64,000 nt of DNA, taken from Macrostomum lignano. Taxonomy: Eukaryota. The translations under genes and the position numbers were made by a program. Location of the stretch: NCBI GenBank assembly GCA_002269645.1, contig NIVC01003082.1, forward strand, positions 56,815-120,814, written 5' to 3'. The notes beneath the pieces were generated by a model that searched no databases, was not told where the DNA came from, and worked only from the letters and a program-made list of their open reading frames with translations. Shown here one piece after another: positions 35,930 through 48,596 of the stretch. Numbering within the stretch: position 1 is the stretch's first letter; each line of letters opens with the position of its first letter.

Positions 35930-38040
35930 TTATACTAAGATGGCAAGGCATAGGGGGGGGGGATTGCTAAGATATAAAGGTTGAGGTCAGAAGCTACATG
36001 TAGTTTACTCTAATTTTTTTATTGCATTCTTTGTTGGCTCATTAATGGGGGCGACTGATAGAAGTGCCATGCAAAAAAGAAGCATCATGTAAAACATAAA
36101 AGATTCATTTGGGAATCGCTACTATGTCAAGGCTTGGAAGGAAATACAATGCTAATTTTAGGGAGAATTATTGAAATGTCAAGGCTTATGGGGGAAGAAT
36201 TGCTAAGATATCAAGGCTTTAGGGTTAGGGTTAGAGCTAGGGGGCATCACTAAGATGTCAAGGCTTAGGGGAGGAGAGGGGGTTGTTGTAATGTTGAAAA
36301 ATTAAATAGCTTAAAAAATAAAAAAAATATTTGTGTTCTATCTCAATTATGACTATTAGCAATATGGAATATTACAATTATAGTAAAATAAGTGTCTGTG
36401 ATAGCTATAGTTATCTATATAAAACAACTATTTTATTACTATAAATATAAATATAGTAGTTTGAAGCTTCTCTCATTTATTGCTATAGTGGTATATTATG
36501 TTTTGCCTTGTTAGCTAAGCATTTCATTAGTTATCATATTATCAATTTCAATTATTTCTAAATGTGTTTGAGCAGTTTTTGTGTTTATAATATAGAGTAT
36601 ACTAGCAATCTACGCCCCCCGTTGGGGAGCCAAAGAAATGCAATACACGTTTTTTTAATAAGCTACATATGTAGCCTTGAAATCTTAAAAAATCTTCTGT
36701 CAAACTTCTAACCCAAACCCTAACCCTAACCAAAACCCTAAATTCAATATTTTGTCCATGAGTTTTTGCATGATCGATGCTTCTATGATTTTTGGCATGA
36801 CACATCCATTGTTTTTGCATGACGCTTCCATTATTTTTGCATGATGCTTCCATGATAAACATTTTTAATAAGCAACATGAGCTAACCAACCCTAACACTA
36901 ACCCTACAGCCTGACATCTGCATAAGTTTTTGAAGCGCTAGTAGTGTTTTTTAGCTTAGTATCTTAGCGTTAGGGAGCCAAAAATGCAGTACAAGTTTTG
37001 TAATAAACTACATGTAGCATCTCTTTGCAATATACCTCAGAAGTCCCTTGTAAGCCTTAAAATGTCAGTAATTCCCCCCCACAAGCTTTAACAAATCAAC
37101 TCCCCCCCTTGACATCTTAGCGATGCCCCCAATAAGCCTTGAAATCTAAAAAAAATCTGTCAACCTTCTAACCCTAACCCTAGCCAAACCCTAACCCTAA
37201 CCCTAACCCTAACCCTAACCCTAACCTAACCCTAAAGCATTGAAATTCCAGTAATTCTCTCTAAGAGTCATAACAGCACTACTACAGCATTATAGCGATT
37301 CCCTGCAAGCCTCGACATCGTAGGGATTCCCAAATGAATATCTTAACTTCGACATGAAGCTTCTTTTATTTTTTACATTACGCTTTTTTTATCAGCGATC
37401 CCTCCCCTGAGGAGGCATCAAATAATGTAATAAAAAGTTTTCAATAAACTACATGTAGCTTCTGACTTTAGCCTTGAAATCTCATTTATACCCCCGTGAG
37501 CCTTGACATCTCAGCTATTCCCCCCGTAAGCCTTGACATGTCAGCGATGGCCCCCATAAACCTTGAAATCTAAAAAATCCCCTGTTAACCTTGAAACCCG
37601 ATAAAATATAACCCTCAACCCAAACCTGACCTAAACCTAACTTTAACCCAACCTAAAGCCTTGAAATCTCAGCAATTCTTCTCCCCTAAGCCTTGACATT
37701 TTAGTGATTCCTTCTGTAAGAATCACAGCACTATAACGATTTCCACCAAGCTTTGACATCGTAGCAATTCCCAGATGAATCTTTTAACTCCGACATGACT
37801 TTTCTTTTATGTATACATAGTGCTACTTTTATTTTTTACATGACTCTTCTTCTATCAGCGCCCCCCTGTGGCGAGCCAACAAAGAATGCAATAAAAAAAT
37901 TGAGTAAAGTACATGAACTTTGAAGTAGCTTCTGACTTTTGCTTTGACATCTCAGAAACCCCCCCCCCGTAATCTCAGTTATTCTCTGAGAGCCTTTACG
38001 TCTCAGTTTTTCTCCCAGCACAGCATTATAGCTGCATTTA
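35930..38040. repeat. Compound repeat of diverged about 400-bp modules (several direct, one inverted) carrying (TAACCC)n tracts
   Basis: 35991-36150 is the reverse complement of about 37740-37930. Modules share taaactacatgtagc, agccttgacatc and taaccc tracts (longest 37168-37235). Confidence 0.7.
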
Positions 38041-38920
38041 ATTTTTACATGACACCCTTCATGTCTGACATGACGCTTCTTTTATTCTACCATGATGCTT
38101 CTTAATTTTTTAAATGACACTTTCATTAGTTTTAAATGAGGCTTCTATGATTTTTTCTTGACGCTTCTATGATTTTTATATGACGCTTCTATGATTTTTT
38201 TACATGACGCTTCTATGATTTTTATATGACGCTTCTATGATTGTTTACATGACGCTTCTATGATTGTTTACATGACGCTTCTATGATTGTTTACATGACG
38301 CTTCTATGATTTTTTAAATGGCGCTTCTATGATTTTTATATGACGCTTCTACAATTTTTTACATGACGCTTCTATGATTGTTTACATGACGCTTCTACGA
38401 TTTTTACATGACGCTTCTATGATTGTTTACATGACGCTTCTATGATTGTTTACATGACGCTTCTATGATTGTTTACATGACGCTTCTATGACTTTTTAAA
38501 TGACGCTTCTGTGATTTTAATATGACGCTTTTATGATTGTTTACATGACGCTTCTATGATTGTTTACATGACGCTTCTATGATATTTTATATGACGCTTC
38601 TATGATTTTTATATGACGCTTCTATGACTTTTTAAATGACGCTTCTATGATTTTAATATGACGCTTCTATGATTTTTTTAAATAACGCTTCTATGATTTT
38701 ATATGACGCTTCTACGATTTTTTACATGACGCTTCTATGATTGTTTACATGACGCTTCTATGATTGTTTACATGACGCTTCTATGATTTTTTACATGACG
38801 CTTCTATGATTTTTTACATGACGCTTCTATGATTTTTTACCTGACGCTTCTATGATTGTTTACATGACGCTTCTATGATTTTTTACATGACGCTTCTATG
38901 ATTTTTACATGACGCTTCTT
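38040..38920. repeat. Minisatellite, 23-24-bp unit catgacgcttctatgattgttta
   Basis: Visible; a degenerate short version lies at 36770-36860. Confidence 0.93.
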
Positions 38921-39631
38921 TTTAAAAAGTCTTTTAGTTTTCCTGACGTTGAAAAGCTTTAATTAAAAAAATTATACTCTATGAAAATTCGAACCATCGT
39001 CGCTGCATTTAGCAGTTCAGTTTGTTCACCTCTAGGCTAGCTCTCATTGTTTTGATAACATCAAATTTTGCACTTAATAATTCAACACTTAAAAATCCAA
39101 GCATAGAGTAAATCATACGAAGCAGTTATGACATAATCAGTTTCTCAGTCAGTCAGTATCAGTTAACAATATGGTTACGCAAATTCTGGTGCTACGCTTC
39201 CACACTGCATTTTCAATTCAAGTCGGAGTTACAATTCAGTGATGATGCAATCTATTTCAGAATCAGAATTCAACCAGTCAGTTTTTTCTCTAGCATTCTT
39301 ACAATGCATTTCAAGTCGAAAAGTTTGCTTGACCTTTGCAAAAAAGCATGTTTTTCGAATATTTAATGCCTTTAGCATCGAGCAATTTCTTAGCCGCGAT
39401 GCATGTACAGTCACGGGAAAATTTCTGATCGAACAGTGCAAGTTTGAACAAAATCGTCCAGCCATTTTTTCTCTAATCTATCACATATATATAGACATCA
39501 CATTTTTAGTATATAGGATTATTAGATCCTACATATTAGGGCCTATTACTTAAAAATTTAGAAAAAAAACAAATAATGACCCAGAAATACAAATTGACTC
39601 ATGATATATATGCCAGAAATTATCAAAAAGG

Positions 39632-41792
39632 ATGTATTGGTTTCCCAACAGACATTAGACAGACATTCAGAAATTGTTCAGTAAATGTTTAACAAAATTG
39701 TCTATTTATTACGCAAGATACTGTGTATTTATAGAAACTTTTACGCATGTCTCTGCTTTAAAAAGACACCTCAGACACACACAAAGACGCTTCACAAGCT
39801 GAGATATTCCCTAGCAAATGTTGTTACGACATTTTCTAAAAATACTGAATGTATTATTATTACAATATTATTAATACTATTATTGAAATTATTACTATTA
39901 ATAATGATAATAAGATTATTACAATGGTATTAGTGTATTCCTTTTATTACTATATAATAATATTACTGTTCTATTATTAATAGTAGAACAAGGAATCCCC
40001 TACCCCTGACATAATTTTTTCTGCGCCGACATGGAGCAACGCGGGCGCACGAAATTCAAGAACACGTGCTTACTTTTTGCTACGCACCTCGAACAAGAAT
40101 CAAGTTGTCGCCAGCCCTCTGGACTGTCGAGATATTTGATGATTCTGCCTGCAGATGGTCAGATTTTTCCCATAAGCGCTAGTGTATTACACCCTGTGCG
40201 CCAATAAGCACTGCGCCTCAGTGCAGCCTTGCCAAGTCTCCAAATTTCATCAGCACGTCGACCACATGTGTCGGCATCAGATTTATTTGACTTTGTTGGT
40301 CACTAGCCTTCACCCAGGCAGAGCTTCTGGACCTTCAACAAGTTGCAACAGGTGTCTACATGTATATGGACACGCTGTTCAAATTTCTCAGCTAGTTTTG
40401 CTGATCAAGCCTCAACAGAGTGGGCAAGCCTCAACTGCTGGACATCCTCAGCTAGTCTCTCGAGAATTTAGTCATCACCCAGACGCCGTCGGCAACTTCA
40501 ACGGATTACACCAGCTGACTATGGACACTGTGATGCAAATATGCTAGATTTTTTATCAAGCTTCAATAATTGGCAAACCTCAACTGCTAGGCATCCTTAA
40601 CTAGTTTCTCAAGCATTCTGTCGTCATTCTGCCATCATTGGCACCTTCAAGGAGACAAAACCATGACCATGGACACCCAGAAGTATGATTTTTTATTTTT
40701 AAACAAATAGTAACTTTTAAGACAGAAGACTTGGATATTTAGTATATTGTGACTTTATCTTCATTCCACACGGAAAATTTGGTAATTTTTAGTGCTTTCT
40801 TCTTTTTGTGAATATTCTTTTCAATTTAGTTTATTTAACAAATTACCTCATCATGTTTACATAATTACGTCTGGGACTCTAGCTGAGAATAAACTGGAGT
40901 TACAGATTGCGCATTATTGAAGCTTGATAAGAAAAACCTGACATTGTTGCAAAACGATGTCCATAGTCATCTGATGCCACCTGTTGAAGGTGCCAATGGT
41001 GTCGGAGTGGTGACAGAATGCTAGAGAGACTAGCTGAGGATGTCCAAAAGTTAAGGCTTGCTCCCTGTCGAGGCTTGATTGGCGAAACTCGAGAAATTTG
41101 CATCAGGATGGTCACAGTCACCTGGTGTCATCTGTTGAAGATGCCGATGGCGTCGGGGTGATGACTAAATGCTTGGGAGACCAGCTGAGGATACCTAGCA
41201 GTTGAGGCTTGCCTGCACTGTAAAGGTTTGAATAGCAAAACTAGAGAAATTTGTATCAGGATGTCCATAGTCACCTGGTGCCACCTGTTGAAGGTCCCGA
41301 CGGCATTGGGGTGGTGACTGAAGGCTCGAGATTCTAGCTGAGAATGTCTGGCAGTTAAGTTTTTCCCATTATTGAAGCTTGATAAGAAAAATCTGGCATA
41401 TTTGCATCAGAGTGTCCATAGTCAGCTGGTGTAATCCATTGAAGGTGCTGACGGCATCCAGGTGATGACTGAATGCTCAAGAGACTAGCTGAGAATGCCC
41501 TGCGGTTGAGGTTTGCCCATTGTTGAGGCTTGATCAGTGATCAGTGATGTCTAGGCTGAACTATAAATATGTATTCGGTAATATTGGGAAACATCGTAAC
41601 AACAGTTGCTAGAGAATATCTCAGCTTGTGAAGCGTCTTTGTGTGTGTCTAAGATGTCTTTTTAAAGCAGAGACATGTGTAAAAGTTTCTATAAATACAC
41701 AGTATCTTGCATAATAAATAGACAATTTTGTTAAACATTTACTGAACAATTTCTGAATGTCTGTCTGAATGTCTGTTGGGAAACCAATACAT
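39632..41792. mobile_element. Foldback-like non-autonomous element, about 220-bp TIRs plus inverted arms of tandem about 130-bp subrepeats
   Basis: atgtattggtttcccaacagac... (39632-39855) is the reverse complement of ...gtctgttgggaaaccaatacat (41570-41792). 40410-40570 is the reverse complement of 41370-41530. No transposase seen. Confidence 0.75.
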
Positions 41793-44700
41793 AGTAAAAT
41801 AAGTGTCTGTGTTGGCTATAATTATCTATATAAAACAACTATTTTATTACTACAAATATAAATGCAGTAGTTTAAAGCTTCTCTCAAATATTGCTATAGT
41901 GGTTTTGCCTTGTTAGCTAAGCATTTCATTAGTTATCATGATATCAATTTCAATTATTTCTAGATGAGTTTGAGCAGTTTTTGTGTTTATAATATAGAGT
42001 ATTTTGTTAGATCCTACATGTTATTACTTAAAAATTTAGAAAAAAACAAATAATGATCTAGAAATACAAATTTACTCATGATATATATGCCAGATGTTAT
42101 CAAAAAGGTGTTGCAACAATAAAGGACCTTTTTTACATCGCAACAATATAGGACTACAGGACCCTTTCTAGCATTACAACATTTTACAAGCGTCTTTTGT
42201 AGGCCTATACTATGCCAATAGCTACACCATATGCCAGCTCTGTGGCTAAATTTTCTAGTAGATTTTTCTATATACTAGATACTTAGATACTGCCAAAAAA
42301 ATTTCTTATCTGTTGTATACCAAAATTTTTTAGTATATATGTGACAGGCCTTTTGGCTCTGTCTTTCTAAACTCCTAACTGTTGATGCTAGTGCTTATTA
42401 AATATCCTACGAGCTGCCACCAAAGTTTTGACAGGGCTTTTGCCTCCTACTTTGTCAATTTTAATCCTACTAAATGCCACCAGCTGTGACAGGCATGTTT
42501 CCTATACGATACAAAATCCCACCATTAAGCCACCAGCTGTGACAGGGGTTTTTCTTCTTATTGAAATTTCTACTGCTGACAAATCTAAATTCTGCCTTAG
42601 TATTTCTAACTGTTTCTTAGAATATATTTCTGGGTAGCATTCTCGTAGTGTTCTGATAGCACCAGTATATGGTCTGGTAGCGTTCTTAGTATATGGTCTG
42701 GTAGCATTCTTAGTATATGGCCTGAGTGGTCTTACTGGTATATGTACTCTCTCTCTCCAGTCTGGGCATTACTGAGATTAGAGGGTCACAGCGATTACTC
42801 TTAGTACTACTCTTTGCATGAATCCTAAGTACAACTTTCAACCTTTTTCACAATACTCTTAGAAATGAACAATGATCTGAGAAAGATTTATTGAACACGT
42901 TTTGAGCTTATAGCTAGCAAACGAGTTATCCTTCCATCCTTTTGGCTCTCTCCTGTTTATACTAGTCAATCACGTATATTTAAAACAAATTTTTACAATT
43001 TGAGAATATTTTGCGTATTATAACAAAAGAATATTAATTTTTGCGCTAGTTTAAAAACAATATTTCCTAGAAATAAGGTACCGCTACTACATATATATAA
43101 GATTTATGAGTAGGGATAGCCTAGCCTAAGCCTAATGGCAAACTTTATTTAAAGCTTGTGATTTTATTAATATTTGTAAAAATAGATAAATAGAAACTTA
43201 TTAGTATTCTACTAAGCTAGAAAACTAGTTTTATTTTTTAAATTTTTGGTTTTAGGCCTAGGCCCCTACTTTTAATTTTTTAGAAAAGTTGAATATAATT
43301 TTTTAATTTAGTTTTTTGTTAATATTTGGGAAATAATCTTTTTGATCAAAATTTAGTTACTCAAAGTCAAACAATGTATATATAGACTAAGGCCTCCCCT
43401 AAACTTAAACTTAGTCATTTTTTATATGCTAACTATGTAATTGTTATTATTGGTTGGCACTAAGACCTTGGTCCTACTTGCTATGATAGTGCTATCTAAG
43501 CAATCTCTGTACTGTATACCAAGCTATATGCCAAGGCCAAGAGAGAATGCTAGGCCCCTAGTATAGGCCCCTTGCAAGGCCCTTGGTTCTATGCCAATGT
43601 GTATTCTAGGTCTCTCTAGGCCTATATGCTAGAACTTTCTAATGTATATATGGCCATGGCATGGGATATATTTCATCTAGAGTCTAAATTCATGCACCAT
43701 GTGCCAAAGGTGATGCAGTTTCATTCTATGTACCATAAGCTACAAAATTCAAATAAATTTATAGTTAATTAAAATAAATTTAACTTAGTCTTAGACTCAT
43801 CATAGGCCTAGCCATAGGCCAAGTCTAATAAAATTTTAAGTTTGACAATGAGTCTTTGACAGCTGCCATTGCTGCTAGTTAACTATCAGACCCTATTTAG
43901 ACTAAATCAAAATTACTTGGAGCAGTGGATTGTTACCCTAAAAAAGTAAAAACTAAGACTAAGCCTAACCAAAAATCTAGGGCCTATCTTTCTGGGTTTT
44001 TGACATCTTTTTGCAATGCAAATAGCCAAATAGGCTTAGTCAATTAGCATCTGAAATTGTACTCTGAAATTTACACTATAACAGGTGCAATATCGCAAAT
44101 GCGAATTAAGTTTTATTTAGCAAAATATCGCCCAATTTGTTCAAAAATACAGCATGAAAATGAAATTTGACCTTCGGTTGGGATTCGCAACAAACAGTTA
44201 GTCAGAGACTAGAGTTAGACGAAAACGTCTGCACTCAGTGCTGGACAGAAGTATTAATGTGAATTCTACCAGCCAATGTAAATGTGCGATACATAAGATC
44301 ACACAAGGGTAATTAAAGCCGACGGATAGCAGTCGCTTATGGGTTTAAATGAGCAGCTTTTTCTACACAACCGAAATACACCGATTCATCATCGACATTT
44401 GACGGCCAAGTTTGTAGAAAAAGGACAATCAAATGTTACATTTAACGAATAAAAACGAGTTAAATAACACCGGAGCTAAGTGCATGCTTTCAGGTATGCT
44501 TAAAGGCACAGGATATGCTTTTAAATATTCAAGTAACAGCTCATTAAAAATTATATTTAGTTTTCTTTTATCAAAACTTATAAAACTATCTGTATCAGTT
44601 AAGTGAAATGAAGAAAGCCTACATCATGTAGGTAGCAGATAGTGTCAATCATTTATCGAACGTCGTGGCACTCCTGCATCAATAAATGCATGTATCTGTT

Positions 44701-46573
44701 CAGATAAATATGTCTCAGCTGGAGTGCGTTGGTAACATCGGCCATCACCAGACCGTGCGCTCTTCAGCTTGCAACTTCTCTTCATACAATCTCCACAGCA
44801 TCACGAAAAGATACATGTAAACCCGGCCATATCTTTTTTCTTCAAAGCTTCTAAAGATATTGTCTTCGAGTTTAATTGAGATCGATCTACATGTACTAAT
44901 CTTGTGACGTACTTTCTGACTGGCGCTGATGGGTCTATATTGACAGATTTTTTATCTGCAGCAAAATTAAACTGACAATTGATTCTGTGCGAAATGCGGA
45001 TGAAGTTAAGTATGGAAATATAAGTTGAAGTACATGCATGTATTGATACAATAACTAAAAACTACCGGATATGTGCTGAAAGACTGATAAGACGATTTTC
45101 GAGCTTCAAGCCCCAATTGAATGTGGCCACCCACAGAATCGAGCCTATACCAGGGCTCGTGGCGTCTACCGCTGAGCTGTTCTGCCCTTAACAACTTTTC
45201 GGTAAATACGTCATGAAGACTCCTACAAAATTGGAGCTCCTATCCCAGAAGTCTGCTTCATTTGTGACGTTCTTCTAAGGCGGGTCATGCAAGCTACCAC
45301 GCGCCGCGGCCTGCTCAAGGACTACTAAAGTAGATATGTTACTTTAGTCGTCCTTATAGGCCTGCTGCGAGACGCCAAGACTTTATTGTCTCTGAACACT
45401 AAAAACTTACATCTCAAGAGGCTGCCGCGCCAGCTTTGGTCGCTGACTCCATGGCTGGCAGCCCGCATCATTCACGAACGAGTAGTGCCGCCAAAAATAA
45501 CACCGCGTTGTTATTTTTGCTTCTATACGTACGTGCAAATGCACATCGATGAAGCTTTACCGATGAAGTTTAAAATTTCTCATTTAAATTCGTCATATGC
45601 ACTTTCCAAAGCGCTTAACTATAGCTATACTTAAAAGCGAAAAAGATTCAATAAACTCATTCGTTGCGTTACGTAACTTGATGAGCATGCAACTGTGAGA
45701 CAAATATACGCGACAAAATTCCCATTTAATTTTTATGTAGTTACTAACATTTCTTTTTAAATCAACTCTTGGATTATTTTTTCGACAATTATTTTTGATA
45801 TCAGAAATGACGAGCAAAAATACACTGCTTCATTACAGCATCATTGACGCTCTTCTATCTTTCACCTCTCTGGAAGCCATTGAGCACTTCTCCGTTTGCC
45901 CAATGCGTATAGTGCAAAAAGTATTCAGTCTAAGCCATCAGCACGTGAGTTGCCTCTTCATTTGCAGCCTACGCACCTAGTTAGCTAGCAGCAGATCTTT
46001 TCCAACAGCATCAAATTGAAAATCAACATGGGAAAGCCGGAAAACATGAACTTAGCATTACTCAGACTCAAACAATATAGATGAGGAGCTTTTGTCGCCA
46101 ATGGTACCTGCCTACAAACTTCAGCCGATCCAATTAGAGAGCTGAGCCGGCAGGCCGTAAGGATAGGATGAGAGAAGAGCAGAGTCGCTAAAAAGCCGGG
46201 ACAAAATGAATTATTAATCCAACAAAGAATTCAGAATTTGTCGGTTTAGTCACGAGAAAACTTTCGACAAAAGCAAGTCAGGTGAGTTTGAGTGAAAAGT
46301 ACAGAATTTTGGTTTGAAAGTAGAGGCAAACACATCAGTTACCGGTAGTTTGCCAAGGCTCTACTGCATGCTTTTACTTAGAGCGGCTCAAAAAAGGTCA
46401 GCTTGTTCACTTTGCCTTGCAATTAAAACCAGCATCAACCGAGTCGTCATACATGTAGTTTCATAACGGACAGATTTCTTCAAAGGCAAAATAAGCAGAG
46501 TTTGACTGCATGAAAAATCGGGCTCACTACGCTTGTGCAGCTTAGCGCATGTATACGCATTGATATAATGCCA

Positions 46574-47249
46574 TTAGTACACCTTGACGAACTTGGCCCA
46601 GCTCGGGTCGGTCTCGATGGCGTCGCCGACGCTCGAGTCAGCGAAGTCCAGCATGCGGCAGGCGCCGCTGGCCCGGTTGAACAGGACAGCCCGGCACTCC
46701 CAGCGCTGCACGCAGAGCCACAGGCAGTGAAGCTCCGAGCTCACCGAGGCGTCAGTGTAGCAGTAGACAGGACTGATGTTGCCCAGCCTCAGGAACTCCG
46801 CTCGCTCCAGGTACTTGCTGTTCGGCGTCGCGATCGGCTGGCAGATGAATTTTTTGTCATGTTTGCCGGGTCTGTCTCGCAAGCCAGCTTTGCTGACCCC
46901 TACAAAGTCATCGCCAGCCAGACATCCAGTCGCTGTTATCCAACGTTGGAAACAGCGAGCCGTTGGCGAATCTCCAGCCGCTTCGAGACGTGCCCGACTC
47001 AACCAGGAGGTCCGTCACTCCGATGTAGTAAACATCGATCCAGCGGTTGACAGCTCGAATGGCAGTCAGGTCCATCAGCAGCTCTCCGCCGATGCCCAGG
47101 CACAGTCTGGCTGCGTCACACCAGCTGGAAACGCTGGGGTTGTCGCCGATGAAGACGCAGCTGCCCAGCCTGTCGATGAACGGAGCGACGCAGGCGGCAG
47201 AGACAACGACGGCCAGACAGGCGCAGAGAGTCAGACGGACCAGCTGCAT
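46574..47249 (-). pseudogene. CTLD + PAN/Apple copy 5, frameshifted by a 20-bp deletion in the variable loop
   Basis: ATG at 47249, stop at 46574. Alignment to copy 2 shows loss of 20 nt (gtcttccgtgtggttgttcg on +) near 46912; length 676 = 708 - 12 (shorter signal peptide) - 20. Confidence 0.82.
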
Positions 47250-47603
47250 TGATAGTATGACAGTTTCTTAGCAAGTTGACAATCTGATTAATAACTGCAG
47301 GGTAGTCGTTCTTCTTATGAGGAAAGTTAGCTCTGTTGTATTTCTGCAGCGATATTTCAAGATAGTCGCAGCCAATGGGAGGCTGTCCAATCTAGTTTTC
47401 TTCTCTGCAGCAGCTAGGGTGTCCACTTCAGTAGCGCCGCGTTTCGCAGCAGTATAGCCTCAGAAATTTGGTTACAAATGCTTTAGAAATTTTCTTCAAT
47501 ACTCAGTTCGCATGCGCAGTACATTGGATTTCTTTGGACATGTCACAGATAGTGATGCAGAGGACTGAAACGAACTGAAACGCCAAGGCGTGCAATATAC
47601 ATG

Positions 47604-48596
47604 CACGAGATGTCAGGAAAGTTCCAGGATTGAACTCAAAAAAAATTTGTAGCAGCAAAAGTTAAGGAGAACCTGAGCTGACCTTTCCCTTGGGTCGAAT
47701 GCACTTGTCCACCCTTCTGTGCCACGCCTCCATGCAGTATTTTCTAGGAATACTGCATGACTACCTCCTTGAGTTCTTTGACTACCTCCTTCAGTTCTTT
47801 GACTACCTCCTTGAGTTCTTTGACTACCTACTTGAGTTCTTTGACTACCTCCTTGAGTTCTTTGACTACCTCCTTGAGTTCTTTGACTACCTACTTGAGT
47901 TCTTTGACTACCTCCTTGAGTTCTTTAACTACCTCCTTGAGTTCTTTGACTACCTACTTGAGTTCTTTGACTACCTCCTTGAGTTCTTTGACTACCTCCT
48001 TGAGTTCTTTGACTACCTCCTTGAGTTTCTGGAATAAAAAATCGCGCATGGATCGCCAGAGCGAGCAAATATGGAGGCTACTCAAACACGGTGACATTAC
48101 TGTTATGGTCAGAGTCTTGAATGGAGGTCACCAGGATAACTAAGTCAAATTTGAAGCTCATGCTCTCATTATTTACTTTGATACAATCTGCACGGTGAAT
48201 ATAGAGTTTCTGCCTCAATGCCAGACCATTAATCAGCATGTAAGCAAAGAGATCTTGCAGCGACTGCTTCGCTCGGTGCGAGGACAAGATGAGAAGCTTT
48301 TGGCAGAAAAACTCGTCGGTTCCTTCTTCGGAGCAATGTGCCATGTGCACTGAGTTTCAAGCAAACGACAGAACTTTTTCTCGACGTACATGTTTAAACG
48401 CCATCTGGAGAGCCATAACGATGGAACTTCGGGGTTTCCTGAAGAAGCCTTCCAGTACTGCATGGAGTCGTGGCACAGAAGGGTGGACAAGTGCATTCGA
48501 CTCAAAGAAGATTACTTCTGAAGGGGGCAGCTCGACTTTAGCTGCTATACTAGTATTTATGAGTTTAATCCTGGAACTATTCTGACACACCTTATA
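47604..48596 (+). mobile_element. Defective mariner-family DNA transposon with extended inverted ends
   Basis: Ends gatgtcaggaaagttccaggattgaactc (47609-47637) and gagtttaatcctggaactattctgacacacctta (48561-48594) are inverted. Transposase remnants QSLEWRSPG, IYFD, EFLPQCQTINQH..KEILQRLLRSVR, FQYCMESWHRRVDKCIRLKEDYF, with stops and frameshifts. Confidence 0.8.
47757..48028. repeat. Minisatellite, 21-bp unit ttgagttctttgactacctcc inside the mariner remnant
   Basis: About 13 copies. Confidence 0.93.

Noticed and set aside
37168-37235. Chromosome end or telomere fusion site
   Set aside because: The tract is short, internal and part of a repeated module.
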